Positions 9,038-18,197 of a stretch of 64,000 bases of DNA are shown piece after piece. Origin of the DNA: Pseudomonadales bacterium (lineage in GTDB: Bacteria; Pseudomonadota; Gammaproteobacteria; Pseudomonadales; Azotimanducaceae); the NCBI GenBank assembly GCA_963665455.1, contig OY762279.1, positions 4,443,492 through 4,507,491 on the forward strand, read 5' to 3'. Under the pieces are notes generated by a model. It saw only the letters and a program-made list of their open reading frames with translations, did not search any database and was not told the origin of the DNA. The number at the start of each line of letters is the position of its first letter. Position 1 is the stretch's first letter. The translations under genes were made by a program, and so were the position numbers.

Positions 9038-10203
9038 GCGCTCTTTCCTCCTATTGCGGTGAGCAGCCGACGCGCCAGCCAACGGTGCGTCGCGATGGCG
9101 GGTCCTTCCTGGAGCGGGCTCATCAGCCCGGGCTCGGCCCGGCTCGACCGGACCGCACGCGAGATGCCCCGGTCGAATACCGTCGAGTCCTGGAAGTTGA
9201 TCCTGTTCGGCCCCTCGGGGTCCGCGTATTGCTCCGGCGTGTACTGCTCGGCAGCGAACTCGGGAGGCGCCACGCTGAACATGGCGACCCGGGTCCGGTC
9301 GACCGAGATGGGCCAGTTCGCCTGGATGCTGAGCATGGCAGGTGTCGGCATCAGGAAATTGGCGGGGGGCGTAATGGTCATATCGAACGCCGGACGTCTC
9401 CGGCCGACCATGCCGATCTCGTCCTTGTCGGGCTCGAAGCCGTACCACCTGGTGTAGTACTCGAGGTCGAGTCCGAGCACCTGCCGGGACCAGTACTCGC
9501 CGCACGTCGTTGGCTCGGTCATGGAGAGTGGCTCGTACACCCGCATCGCCTCCGGGTGTACTCCCGGGCCGTGGTAGACGTCTCCATTCTCCATCGCCTG
9601 CTTCCAGTTCGTGTTCCACACGTCGACAAAGACGTTGTTGCACACGAGGTCTTCCCGGTCGCAGAACCGGAAGTAAGGCGCCAGGCCTTCGAGTCGTGGC
9701 GCAAGTGCCGCGGCATCGTCGTCGAAGTTCACGAAGACGACTCCGTTCCAGACCTCCACCCGGAACTCGGGGAGCGCGATCCGCGTCTTGTCGAAGCCGG
9801 CGTTGTCCGTCATGAAGGGCGCGCCGGCGAGCTTGCCGTCGAGCCCGTAGGTCCACAAGTGGTACGGGCACTGGAAGCGCTTCACGTTGCCGCGCTCCCC
9901 GTCCTGCGTGACCGGAACGGCGCGGTGCCGGCAGACCGATGAGAGGGCCCGGACCTTCCGGTCCTCGCCCCGCACGAACACGATCGGCTCGCCGAGGATT
10001 TCCCACGCGAAGTAGTCGCCGGGTTGCTTCAGCCACGCCGTGTGCCCGACCGCGATCCACTCCTTCCTCCAGACGTGCTCGAGTTCCAGCTCGTACACCT
10101 CGGGCGAGTAGTAGTGGAAGAGGTCCGGCGTGCGCGGTTGATCGTCCGGAGTCGCGAGATAGGCTTCGAGCGACTCGCGGATCTGCTCAAGCCCCGATCT
10201 CAT
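9034..10203 (-). CDS. Rieske [2Fe-2S] ring-hydroxylating oxygenase alpha subunit
   Basis: CRHRAVPV...CPYHLWTY (CxH..CxxH) Rieske motif, followed by a catalytic domain with NWKQAMENGDVYHGPGVHP. Confidence 0.85.
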   Translation of the reverse strand: MRSGLEQIRESLEAYLATPDDQPRTPDLFHYYSPEVYELELEHVWRKEWIAVGHTAWLKQPGDYFAWEILGEPIVFVRGEDRKVRALSSVCRHRAVPVTQDGERGNVKRFQCPYHLWTYGLDGKLAGAPFMTDNAGFDKTRIALPEFRVEVWNGVVFVNFDDDAAALAPRLEGLAPYFRFCDREDLVCNNVFVDVWNTNWKQAMENGDVYHGPGVHPEAMRVYEPLSMTEPTTCGEYWSRQVLGLDLEYYTRWYGFEPDKDEIGMVGRRRPAFDMTITPPANFLMPTPAMLSIQANWPISVDRTRVAMFSVAPPEFAAEQYTPEQYADPEGPNRINFQDSTVFDRGISRAVRSSRAEPGLMSPLQEGPAIATHRWLARRLLTAIGGKSA

Positions 10204-10238
10204 GGTGTTCTCCGCCTGACCTTCCCCGGGCGCACGGG

Positions 10239-10667
10239 TCAGGAACCCGCCATTTCCGCCGCGCGCCAGGTCTCGTACTCCATGGCCACGAGTTCCCGAT
10301 ACGGGTCCCCCGCCATCTCCCAGGTACCGCTGAAGCCCTTGGGCAAGACTACGTGGCCTCCCGCCTCCGTTTCCATGGACGTTCCACCCGCGGGCGTCAG
10401 GATCAGCTTGCCCTCGAGCACGTGTATGTACTCATCGTAACCATAGTCCTCGAGCTCGAACTTGCCCGGCGAGGACTCGTACACGATCATGACGATGTCC
10501 CCCTGGAACACCAGGCCCACCCTGGGCTTGCGCTCGGTCGGCACGACGATGCGCCGTGGATTCCCGGCCGGGTTCGCCACCGCGACCGGAACCTCCACGA
10601 GGTCTCCGCCGGCGAGTTTGACCGGGTCTATGCGCAGGGGCGCGCCCTGCAGCTTCTTCCGTTGCAT
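10239..10667 (-). CDS. cupin domain protein (EutQ/DUF861-like)
   Basis: 142 aa. ...EYIHVLEGKLILTPAGG...GHVVLPKGFSGTWE is the typical small-cupin pattern. Confidence 0.6.
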   Translation of the reverse strand: MQRKKLQGAPLRIDPVKLAGGDLVEVPVAVANPAGNPRRIVVPTERKPRVGLVFQGDIVMIVYESSPGKFELEDYGYDEYIHVLEGKLILTPAGGTSMETEAGGHVVLPKGFSGTWEMAGDPYRELVAMEYETWRAAEMAGS

Positions 10668-10694
10668 GTTCGCCTCCGGTTTCTTACATCGTGT

Positions 10695-11876
10695 TCAAGC
10701 GTGGTCGCCAACTCCCACCGCCGGCTCGCCCGGCGCCCACGTCTTCAGGACGGGAATAATCACGAACAGGCTCGCCAGCAACGCCAGGGAGCCGCCGTAG
10801 ATCATCGGGCTATAACTGCCCTGCACGAGCATGAAACTCGCCGCGGCCGGTCCCACGGCTCCACCCGCGTAAAAGAGGAGGTTGGCTGCGTTGACCAGCC
10901 TGCCCGAGGCATCCACCTTGGCGAACAGGCCGAAAAAGAACGTCAGCGCGACATTGGCGGCGACGTACGAAACCGCGGTCGCCGCCACGTAGGCGGCCGG
11001 GGTGTAGAGCAACGCCACGGCGTAGCCGAGCCCCATGATCGAAAAGCCGCCTATCAGGGCGGTGGCATCGTCCACCTTGCCGTCCATCCAGGCGGCCAGC
11101 GCACCCCCGAGCATGCCGCTGACAGCCCCCACGGACAGGACCAGACCGATACCCCAGGGGCCCAGCCCGGAATCGACCCCGATACGCTCCCAGTAGGCCC
11201 AGTACGCGCCGGCCACCGTGGACTGAACGAACAGGCCCAATGCCAGGAGCAGCACGGGCACCGTCAGCATGCCCAGTAGGCCCAGTTGCGCGGACGGGCC
11301 GTCCGCCTGTCGGCCGTATCGGGGAAACCACGCGAGGGCGATAACCAGCGCGACCAGCGAGACCGCCGCAATGCCGAGGAAGGGCCCTGTCATACCGGAG
11401 TACTCCAGCAAGGGGGGCATTCCCAGGAACCAGATGAGGCCCGACACGGACATGCTGGCCATGACGATCCCGTAGACACGGGTGGGCCGTGCCACCCTCG
11501 AGATGGCCGCATACACCGCACCCAGGATTACTCCCGCTGCGAGTCCGGTGACGACGCGAGTGACGATCATCAGCGTCGTGCTCTCGAGCCACGCGGCGAG
11601 AAAGTCGGAGAGCACGGCCACCAGGGCGGCCGAGAGCACTGTCGTTCGCAGATTCCAGCGATGTACGGTGATGGCCGCGACCCATAGCATCCCCATCGTT
11701 GCGAACAGTTGCAGCGATGAGATCTGTCCCGCCAGCTCCGGCGACCACCCGAAATCGTCGACGAAACCGCCGACTAGAAACGGCATGGCGTTCCAGTATG
11801 CGACTCCCGCCACGCTCAAGGCGACTAGGGTGACGATTGGCCGCAACTCGTTGACGCCGCTTTCTTCTGTCGTCAT
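10695..11876 (-). CDS. MFS transporter
   Basis: 393 aa, about 12 hydrophobic helices, same strand as the oxygenase cluster. Confidence 0.7.
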   Translation of the reverse strand: MTTEESGVNELRPIVTLVALSVAGVAYWNAMPFLVGGFVDDFGWSPELAGQISSLQLFATMGMLWVAAITVHRWNLRTTVLSAALVAVLSDFLAAWLESTTLMIVTRVVTGLAAGVILGAVYAAISRVARPTRVYGIVMASMSVSGLIWFLGMPPLLEYSGMTGPFLGIAAVSLVALVIALAWFPRYGRQADGPSAQLGLLGMLTVPVLLLALGLFVQSTVAGAYWAYWERIGVDSGLGPWGIGLVLSVGAVSGMLGGALAAWMDGKVDDATALIGGFSIMGLGYAVALLYTPAAYVAATAVSYVAANVALTFFFGLFAKVDASGRLVNAANLLFYAGGAVGPAAASFMLVQGSYSPMIYGGSLALLASLFVIIPVLKTWAPGEPAVGVGDHA

Positions 11877-11888
11877 GTCCGGTCGCCC

Positions 11889-13046
11889 CTACAGCGCGTC
11901 GTACAGGGCGGCGGCAAGGGGGTCGGAACGAAACTCACCGGTCCACTCGTTCAGCATCCTGTTCATCACGTACCCGTAACTTACCCGGGCATCCGGATCC
12001 ATGACACAGAAGGAGCCCCCGTAGCCGCCCCAGAAGAAGGCCCGCGGGCTGGGACCCATGTTCGGCATCCAGATGCTGTCGCAGCGGAGCGCAAAACCGA
12101 GACTGTAGCGAACGCGCATCTCCGGCGTCGCGAGATCGAAGTCCTCGATCTGCTCTTCGATCGCAAGCTCCACGGTGCCGGGGGACATTATTCGCACCCC
12201 GTCCACCGTGCCGCCGCAGGCCATCGCGGATGCAATCCGGGCCACGGAGCGGGCATTGCCGTGGCCGTTCACGGCCGGAATCTCCGCCCCCCGCCAGGCC
12301 CTCGTGCCGACGGCCGTAGTCAATGCGTCGTACGGGAGATTGCCGCCGACCTTCGCCGCGACCGATCCGGGTTCGGGCTCCTCCCCCCAACCGGTTTCGG
12401 GCGGTGGTATCAGTTCGCCCACCCTGGCGTCCAGGCTTGCGTCCATGCCGATGTGAAAGTCCGCGCCGAGCGGTTCCGCCACCTCCTGCCTGAAAAATGT
12501 ACCGAGGCTCCTGCCGCTCACCCGCCGCACGAGTTCGCCGAGCAGGTAGCCATGGGTGATGGCCTGGTATCCGCAGTGGGCGCCCGGTTCCCACCAGGGC
12601 GCCTGGGCGGCGAGCAGCCGCGTACACGCGTCCCAGTCATAGAGCGTTTCCACGGAGATCGGCTCCTCGAAACCCGCGAGGCCCGACATGTGGCTGAACA
12701 GGTAGCGCACGGGCAGCTTCTCCTTGCCCGCCTGGGCGAACTCCGGCCAGTACGTCGCCACGGGTGCATCCAGGTCGATCGCGCCCCTGTCGACCAGGAC
12801 CAGGGCCGCGATGCCCGTCATCACCTTGGTCGTCGAGTAGACGTTGGCGATCGTGTCCCGCTCCCAGGGCCGCGTCCGCGCCGCATCGGCGTGTCCCCCC
12901 CAAAGGTCCACGACGAATTCCCCGTCCACGGTCGCCGCGAAGGACGCGCCGACCTCCCTGCCCTCCCGGAAGTTGTCGGCGAACGCATCCCTGACGGCGG
13001 CAAAACGCGCGTCGCAGTGGCCTTGCACCTCGACCGGTCCGTCCAT
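11889..13046 (-). CDS. serine hydrolase, beta-lactamase/EstB family
   Basis: S-x-x-K motif in VYSTTKVMTG. N-terminus FAAVRDAFADNF...VDGEFVVDLWGG is typical of class C-like esterases. ATG 13046 preferred; TTG 13076 is the alternative. Confidence 0.75.
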   Translation of the reverse strand: MDGPVEVQGHCDARFAAVRDAFADNFREGREVGASFAATVDGEFVVDLWGGHADAARTRPWERDTIANVYSTTKVMTGIAALVLVDRGAIDLDAPVATYWPEFAQAGKEKLPVRYLFSHMSGLAGFEEPISVETLYDWDACTRLLAAQAPWWEPGAHCGYQAITHGYLLGELVRRVSGRSLGTFFRQEVAEPLGADFHIGMDASLDARVGELIPPPETGWGEEPEPGSVAAKVGGNLPYDALTTAVGTRAWRGAEIPAVNGHGNARSVARIASAMACGGTVDGVRIMSPGTVELAIEEQIEDFDLATPEMRVRYSLGFALRCDSIWMPNMGPSPRAFFWGGYGGSFCVMDPDARVSYGYVMNRMLNEWTGEFRSDPLAAALYDAL

Positions 13047-13078
13047 GCGCTTCCGCCCGTGCGAGCCCCCGATCAATC

Positions 13079-15406
13079 CTAGAACACGTACCCTATCGTC
13101 ACCCCGGCGCTCCGTGGGTGCGTTATGTACATCGCGTCCGTTCCAAATGCCTCGGGGCCGGGGAAGACAGCGCGCACGAAGTTGATATCGTCCGAGATGT
13201 TCTCGACAAAGGCGCTCACGCTGAACCCGCTGGCCTGATTCTCGTAACGGAGCCGCGCCGAGTAACTCCAGAAGTCCCCTCCAAAGTCACCGGATCGTCC
13301 TGTGCTGTCGACCGGACGTGGGCCATGATAGAACGCCTCGAGTTGCGGCACGAGGACAGCCGAAGCGCCCAGGGCAAACTCGTACCGGATCGATCCGCTG
13401 AAGTCCCCTTCGTCCGAGTGCGCCAGTCGATTCCCGCTGTTGTCCTCCAGCGCCCCTCGGATGTACTCCTTGATCTCGTTATCGGAGTAGCCGTAGCTCA
13501 ACCTCAACTCGAGGTTCTCCGTCGGGCGTGCAACCGCCTCGATCTCTATACCCTGGAAGACCATTTCGGGAATGTTCGATCCCTGGAACGTATACTCGAG
13601 GGCGCCAAGGACTTGCCCGCCCTCGCTCGGCAAAAAATCGAAAAACTGGAAGTCCGTGTAGTCAAAGTAGTAGATGGATGCGTTCAGCCGCAAGCGTCCG
13701 TCGAACAACGAACTCTTGATGCCGGTCTCCCAGGCAAGGACCAACTCCGGATCCAGTTCCTTGTACGGCCCGAACATCGCGAACACGGCGCCTCTATAGC
13801 CCTGACTCACACTCCCATACAGCAGGACACCCTCCCGAAGCACATACTCCGCGGCAAGGCGCCAGGTCACTTCGCTCGAAGAGAGATCGCGGTCCGTCAG
13901 TTCCCCGAACCCGAAGTCGTCGTGGAGCGACAAATCACCTCCCGACAACTCCGACGTCTTCGGGAAAAAGGTAAAGGCGGCGTAGTCTCTCTGGGCTTCG
14001 ACTTCATCGCTGGTGTACCTTAGCGCATGAGTGGTGCTCAGCCTGTCGGTCCAGGCGTAGGTCGTATGCGCAAAGACGGCCCAGCTCGAGAGTTCCTGCT
14101 CCGCCAAGTACCGCTCGCCCCAACCGAAGTCTCCCGGCGGGAAGCTGATCGGATCGAACATCCGGTAGAAATCGGTATATTCAAACGCTGCGCCCCAATC
14201 CGCCGACTGATCGAGGAAATAGGCGCCGGCAATCCATTGGAACGGTGACTCGTCGGTGGAGGTCAACCGAAACTCCTGGGTGAACGTTCGGTGATCTCCG
14301 TACTCGTACCCGTGCCACATTGCCGCCGCCGTCCCGTCCCAGTCGGAGATGTCCGCGACTTCGAGATCCGTGTATCCAGTCACGGATGTGAGCGCCACGC
14401 TACCCAGATCCCATGTTATCGACAACGTGTATACGTTCGTATCGATCTCCGCCTGCTGCTCGTCGTTCGTGAAACTCAGATTGACCTTGCGGTGATCGCT
14501 CCCTGGACCTGGATTATGCAAGAGCGAGGAGTCTATTCCTGCCCATGGCGCAAAGGCTCCGTAGTAGTGCGGATCGGGCGCTCTGTTGACCAGCTGGGCC
14601 GGCGACGATTCGTCTCTTCCAAGTTGGGCCTTGAAGCGGACGCTGACCTCGTCGCTTGGATCCAGATCGAAGACCGCCCGGATGGCGCGCGTGTCTACCC
14701 AGGGGCCCTCTTCGCCCGTGTGGATGTTCTTCTGAAATCCGTCGTCCTCCTCCATGACGCCCGCGACGCGCACGCCGAAGCCGTCGGAGAGGGGCCCTCC
14801 AACGGCCACTTCGGCCCTGCGGCGGTTGAACTTGCCCAGGGTGACCCGTGCATAGCCATCTAGCTCGTCACCCGGCCCAGCGCTGATGAACTGCAGCGCG
14901 CCCGCGGTCGAGTTCCGGCCGAACAGCGTCCCCTGGGGCCCGCGGAGCACCTCCACGCGCTCGAGGTCGAACATGGCGAAGGAGTTGAACCAGTAGCTGT
15001 CCAGGATCGCTTCGTCCGCGTAGACCGCCGCGGTCTGGCCATCCATGAAGGAGTAGTTCGCGCTCGTGATCCCGCGAATCGTGATGACCTGGGCGCCCTG
15101 CTCGCCGTAACCCGATACGATGTTGAGGTTCGGCGCGACGTCGCCGAGCTGCTTCGACCCCTCGAGACCGTAGTCCCACAGGTCGTCGCCGCCGAACACG
15201 GTCATCGAGATCGGCACGTCCTGGGCACTCTGAGCGCGCCGCTCGGCGGTCACCAGGATTTCTTCTATCGGCGCGTCGGTGTCCGCTCCGCCGGACGTGT
15301 CGTCTTCCGCCAGCGCCAAGCCACCGGTCAGGACGACCGCCGCCAGTGCGGCACCAAGGCTTGCGAGGCCCGAGCCCCGCACGTTGTCCGTTCTCCGCTG
15401 TGACAT
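13079..15406 (-). CDS. TonB-dependent outer-membrane receptor
   Basis: Signal peptide, plug region EEILVTAERRAQSAQDVPISMTVF, C-terminal ...GVTIGYVF ending in an aromatic residue. ATG 15406 after GAGGGGAAGGA. Confidence 0.85.
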   Translation of the reverse strand: MSQRRTDNVRGSGLASLGAALAAVVLTGGLALAEDDTSGGADTDAPIEEILVTAERRAQSAQDVPISMTVFGGDDLWDYGLEGSKQLGDVAPNLNIVSGYGEQGAQVITIRGITSANYSFMDGQTAAVYADEAILDSYWFNSFAMFDLERVEVLRGPQGTLFGRNSTAGALQFISAGPGDELDGYARVTLGKFNRRRAEVAVGGPLSDGFGVRVAGVMEEDDGFQKNIHTGEEGPWVDTRAIRAVFDLDPSDEVSVRFKAQLGRDESSPAQLVNRAPDPHYYGAFAPWAGIDSSLLHNPGPGSDHRKVNLSFTNDEQQAEIDTNVYTLSITWDLGSVALTSVTGYTDLEVADISDWDGTAAAMWHGYEYGDHRTFTQEFRLTSTDESPFQWIAGAYFLDQSADWGAAFEYTDFYRMFDPISFPPGDFGWGERYLAEQELSSWAVFAHTTYAWTDRLSTTHALRYTSDEVEAQRDYAAFTFFPKTSELSGGDLSLHDDFGFGELTDRDLSSSEVTWRLAAEYVLREGVLLYGSVSQGYRGAVFAMFGPYKELDPELVLAWETGIKSSLFDGRLRLNASIYYFDYTDFQFFDFLPSEGGQVLGALEYTFQGSNIPEMVFQGIEIEAVARPTENLELRLSYGYSDNEIKEYIRGALEDNSGNRLAHSDEGDFSGSIRYEFALGASAVLVPQLEAFYHGPRPVDSTGRSGDFGGDFWSYSARLRYENQASGFSVSAFVENISDDINFVRAVFPGPEAFGTDAMYITHPRSAGVTIGYVF

Positions 15407-15454
15407 GGTCCTTCCCCTCTTTCCCCCTCTTCCCCGGCTGCGCTCCGGCGAACA

Positions 15455-15468
15455 CGGTATCGATACCG
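15455..15468. promoter_or_regulatory. perfect 14-bp palindrome in a divergent promoter region
   Basis: CGGTATCGATACCG lies between the receptor start (15406) and the esterase start (about 15526). Function unknown. Confidence 0.2.
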
Positions 15469-15525
15469 GCGGTGGCGACAGCTCCATGGCCCTTGGCGAT
15501 ACTATCGCACACTACATCGTTGTCG

Positions 15526-16526
15526 GTGACCGGAGTGGCAAGCGGAATCACGAGGCGGAGCCTGATGGGTGCGCTGGCGGCGGCGGGCGTGCCGGCGTTG
15601 GCGATGGACGTCGAGGACTACCTGCGCCTGGGACTCGAGAAGTCCTTCCTCGACCGCGGCCTGGACGCCGAGGTGAACGGCCGCTCCAACATGGAGGCGC
15701 TCGAAGCCCTGGACGTACCCGGGGACCGGCAGTACCACCCGTGTCCCGAGGCGCATCCGGAGCCCGACGTTCCGCGCGGCGTGGTGCGCGAGTTCCTCGG
15801 CTGGGACAGGACCCGGATCTACGAGGGGACCGTCCGGGACGTCTGGATCTACGTGCCGGAGCAGGTCGAGCCCTCGACACCGCCTGCCCTCATGGTGTTC
15901 CTGGATGGCGACCTGTACCTCGATCCGAAGGGTGCGGTGCGGACCACGGCAGTGCTCGACTCGCTCATCCATGCGGGGGAACTGCCGCCAACGGTCGCGG
16001 TGTTCGTCATGCCCGGCCGGCGCCCGGGCATGACCGAGGACGAAGCCAGCATCAATCGCAGCCTCGAGTACGACCCCGTCACGCCTGCGCACGTCCGTTT
16101 CCTCGTCGACGAACTCCTGCCGTTCGTGGAGTCCGAGGTGGGCCTCAAGTTCGCGCAGGATCCGGCGATGCGCCTGATCTGCGGCATATCGAGCGGTGGC
16201 ATGTGCGCGTTCAACGCCGCCTGGCACGATCCTTCGGCGTTCGGCCGGGTGCTCTCCCACGTGGGGTCCTTCGTGAACATCCGGGGCGGGCACCACTATC
16301 CGTACCTCATCCGGTCGACGCCCCGGAAGCCCTCCGGGTGTTCCTGCAGAGCGGCAAGCGCGACCTCGACATCATCTTCGGCAACTGGCCGCTCGCCAAC
16401 CGGCTGATGGCCTCGGCGCTCGAATACGCCGGATACGACTACCGCTACGTCTTCGGCGAGGGCGGTCACAGCCTCTACCACGGCGGCGCCATCTTCGCCG
16501 ACTCGCTGCGGTGGCTGATGCGTTGA
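15526..16526 (+). pseudogene. secreted esterase (enterochelin-esterase-like putative esterase family), disrupted by a 1-nt frameshift
   Basis: Twin-arginine-like leader ITRRSLMGALAAAGVPALA and GISSGG nucleophile elbow. The reading frame switches at C-run 16330-16332. Frame of track ORF 15346..16407 gives ...HHYPYLIRSTPRKP. Frame of 15279..16526 continues LRVFLQSGKRDLDIIFGNW...GEGGHS. One extra C would restore a single ORF. Confidence 0.65.
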
Positions 16527-16535
16527 GGCGCCGCG

Positions 16536-18050
16536 CTACCTCTCGTAACCGAGCTTCCTCAGATTGGCGCGATGCTGATCTTCCGTCAGCGAGTATCGCG
16601 CCAGGAACAGTATCGCCATCGGGATCAATACGGCAGTCACACAGACCTTGATTACCACGAATCTGTAGACCGCCACTTCCTTCAGTTCGGCCGTGTCCGC
16701 ATCGTCGAACCCCGCCCAACTGATCATGAACCCGGCCAGCAGAACGCCAACGCTTGCGATCAACTTCGTAACGAAGTTCCGGCCGACCAAGACCAGGCCG
16801 TCCGATCTCGGCCCCGTCGACGCCTGATGCTCCTCGACCACGTCGGCGAACATCGAGACGACCAGTATCATGAAGAACGTCCAGATAGCGCCATTGAGCC
16901 CACCGTGGAACGCCCAGATCCACCACAGGGGGCTCAGCACGCCGCCTCCGGCGTCCGGCATCAGGCCGTAGCCAAAGTAGTAGTCCATGGCCATCAGCCC
17001 TATCAGCAGCTGGGAGACCACAAAGCTCAGGGCGCTTCCTATCAGGACGAGGTTGCGCTTGTTCCTCCCTTTGGCGATACGCCAGGTCACGAAAGCCGCG
17101 ATGGCGCCTCCACCGAGCTGTAGCGGGATCGCCCAGAACAGATCGCGGGGGGCGAACCGGAACAGGTGATTGTTCAGGTAGACCTGGTCGCTGGTCTGAA
17201 TGCCGCTGTTGACGCCAAAGAAAAGAAACGCGATGAGCAACGTCATCCAGTTCCGATTGGCGAGCAGGGACCTGACCTCCCCGAGCAACGTCGAAAGAGA
17301 AAAGTCCGTGGTCTTGCCGGTTCGGTCCAGCTCCAGCAGGTTCCTCTCGACCGCGCTCAGTCTTACCGTCCCCAGGTACAGGGACCACCCCAGGAGAAAG
17401 CAGGTCCAGAGGGCCGCCCACGGATAAAGGTGCGCCTGATCCCAGTCCGGCATGAGAAGCAGGATCGGTCCCAGGCAGAGTGCACCGCCCGCGATCTCGA
17501 AGATTCGGTCGGTGCCAAGTAGCTGATTTCTCTTCGAGTAGTCCTTGTAAAGCTCCACGCCCAAGGCGAGTCTCGGTACCGCGAAGACGGTATTGGCCAC
17601 CTGGAAGACCGACATCAGGACGGTGAGCTGCACGAACAGGATCCACTGCTCCTCCCCGGGGTGTATGACAAACAGGGCAAGGCAGGACAGGACCATCGGG
17701 GCGATACCGACGAGCATGAACGGTATTCGCCTGCCGAACTCTCCCTTGTGCCTGTCGGACCAGTGGGCGATGACCGGATCCGAAACCGCATCGAAGACCA
17801 CGCAAATGAACAGGGCGAGTCCGGCCAGCACTGGGAGCCTAAGGATCTGATTGTAGTAGTAGAGGAGGAACAGGGTGAGGAAATCGCTCACGCCCATGAG
17901 GCCAAGGCTCGGAACGCCCCACCAATACATCTTCTTCTCTGTCTTGGCGGAGACCAGCCCCAGCGTGAGCGCGGAGAGCCCGCCCCCGATCTCGCCGGTC
18001 AGGGTGTCCAGGTTCTCGCGGGATTTCCTTGCCAGAAAGTCTCGAAACAC
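16536..18050 (-). CDS. GPH-family (glycoside-pentoside-hexuronide type) MFS symporter
   Basis: 504 aa polytopic. FDAVSDPVIAHWSDRHKGEFGRRIPF matches the D..SDP..G..SDR....GRR.P loop of GPH transporters. Confidence 0.7.
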   Translation of the reverse strand: MFRDFLARKSRENLDTLTGEIGGGLSALTLGLVSAKTEKKMYWWGVPSLGLMGVSDFLTLFLLYYYNQILRLPVLAGLALFICVVFDAVSDPVIAHWSDRHKGEFGRRIPFMLVGIAPMVLSCLALFVIHPGEEQWILFVQLTVLMSVFQVANTVFAVPRLALGVELYKDYSKRNQLLGTDRIFEIAGGALCLGPILLLMPDWDQAHLYPWAALWTCFLLGWSLYLGTVRLSAVERNLLELDRTGKTTDFSLSTLLGEVRSLLANRNWMTLLIAFLFFGVNSGIQTSDQVYLNNHLFRFAPRDLFWAIPLQLGGGAIAAFVTWRIAKGRNKRNLVLIGSALSFVVSQLLIGLMAMDYYFGYGLMPDAGGGVLSPLWWIWAFHGGLNGAIWTFFMILVVSMFADVVEEHQASTGPRSDGLVLVGRNFVTKLIASVGVLLAGFMISWAGFDDADTAELKEVAVYRFVVIKVCVTAVLIPMAILFLARYSLTEDQHRANLRKLGYER

Positions 18051-18197
18051 GAAGGGAACTCCTAGGCCGTCCGGGATGGGAAGCGCTGCCGGGGCCGACC
18101 CGCGCCGGTCGTTGCCTACGCCGCGAGAAGGGCGAGCGACGGCAAGAAGGCCCCCGGCCTGGGGTCAGGCGTGGCGCAGGCTTGGCAAGGACGCATG

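Noticed and set aside
15407-15525. Fur box in the promoter shared by the TonB receptor and the esterase.
   Set aside because: No GATAATGATAATCATTATC-like 19-mer is present. Only the CGGTATCGATACCG palindrome is there, and it does not resemble Fur sites.
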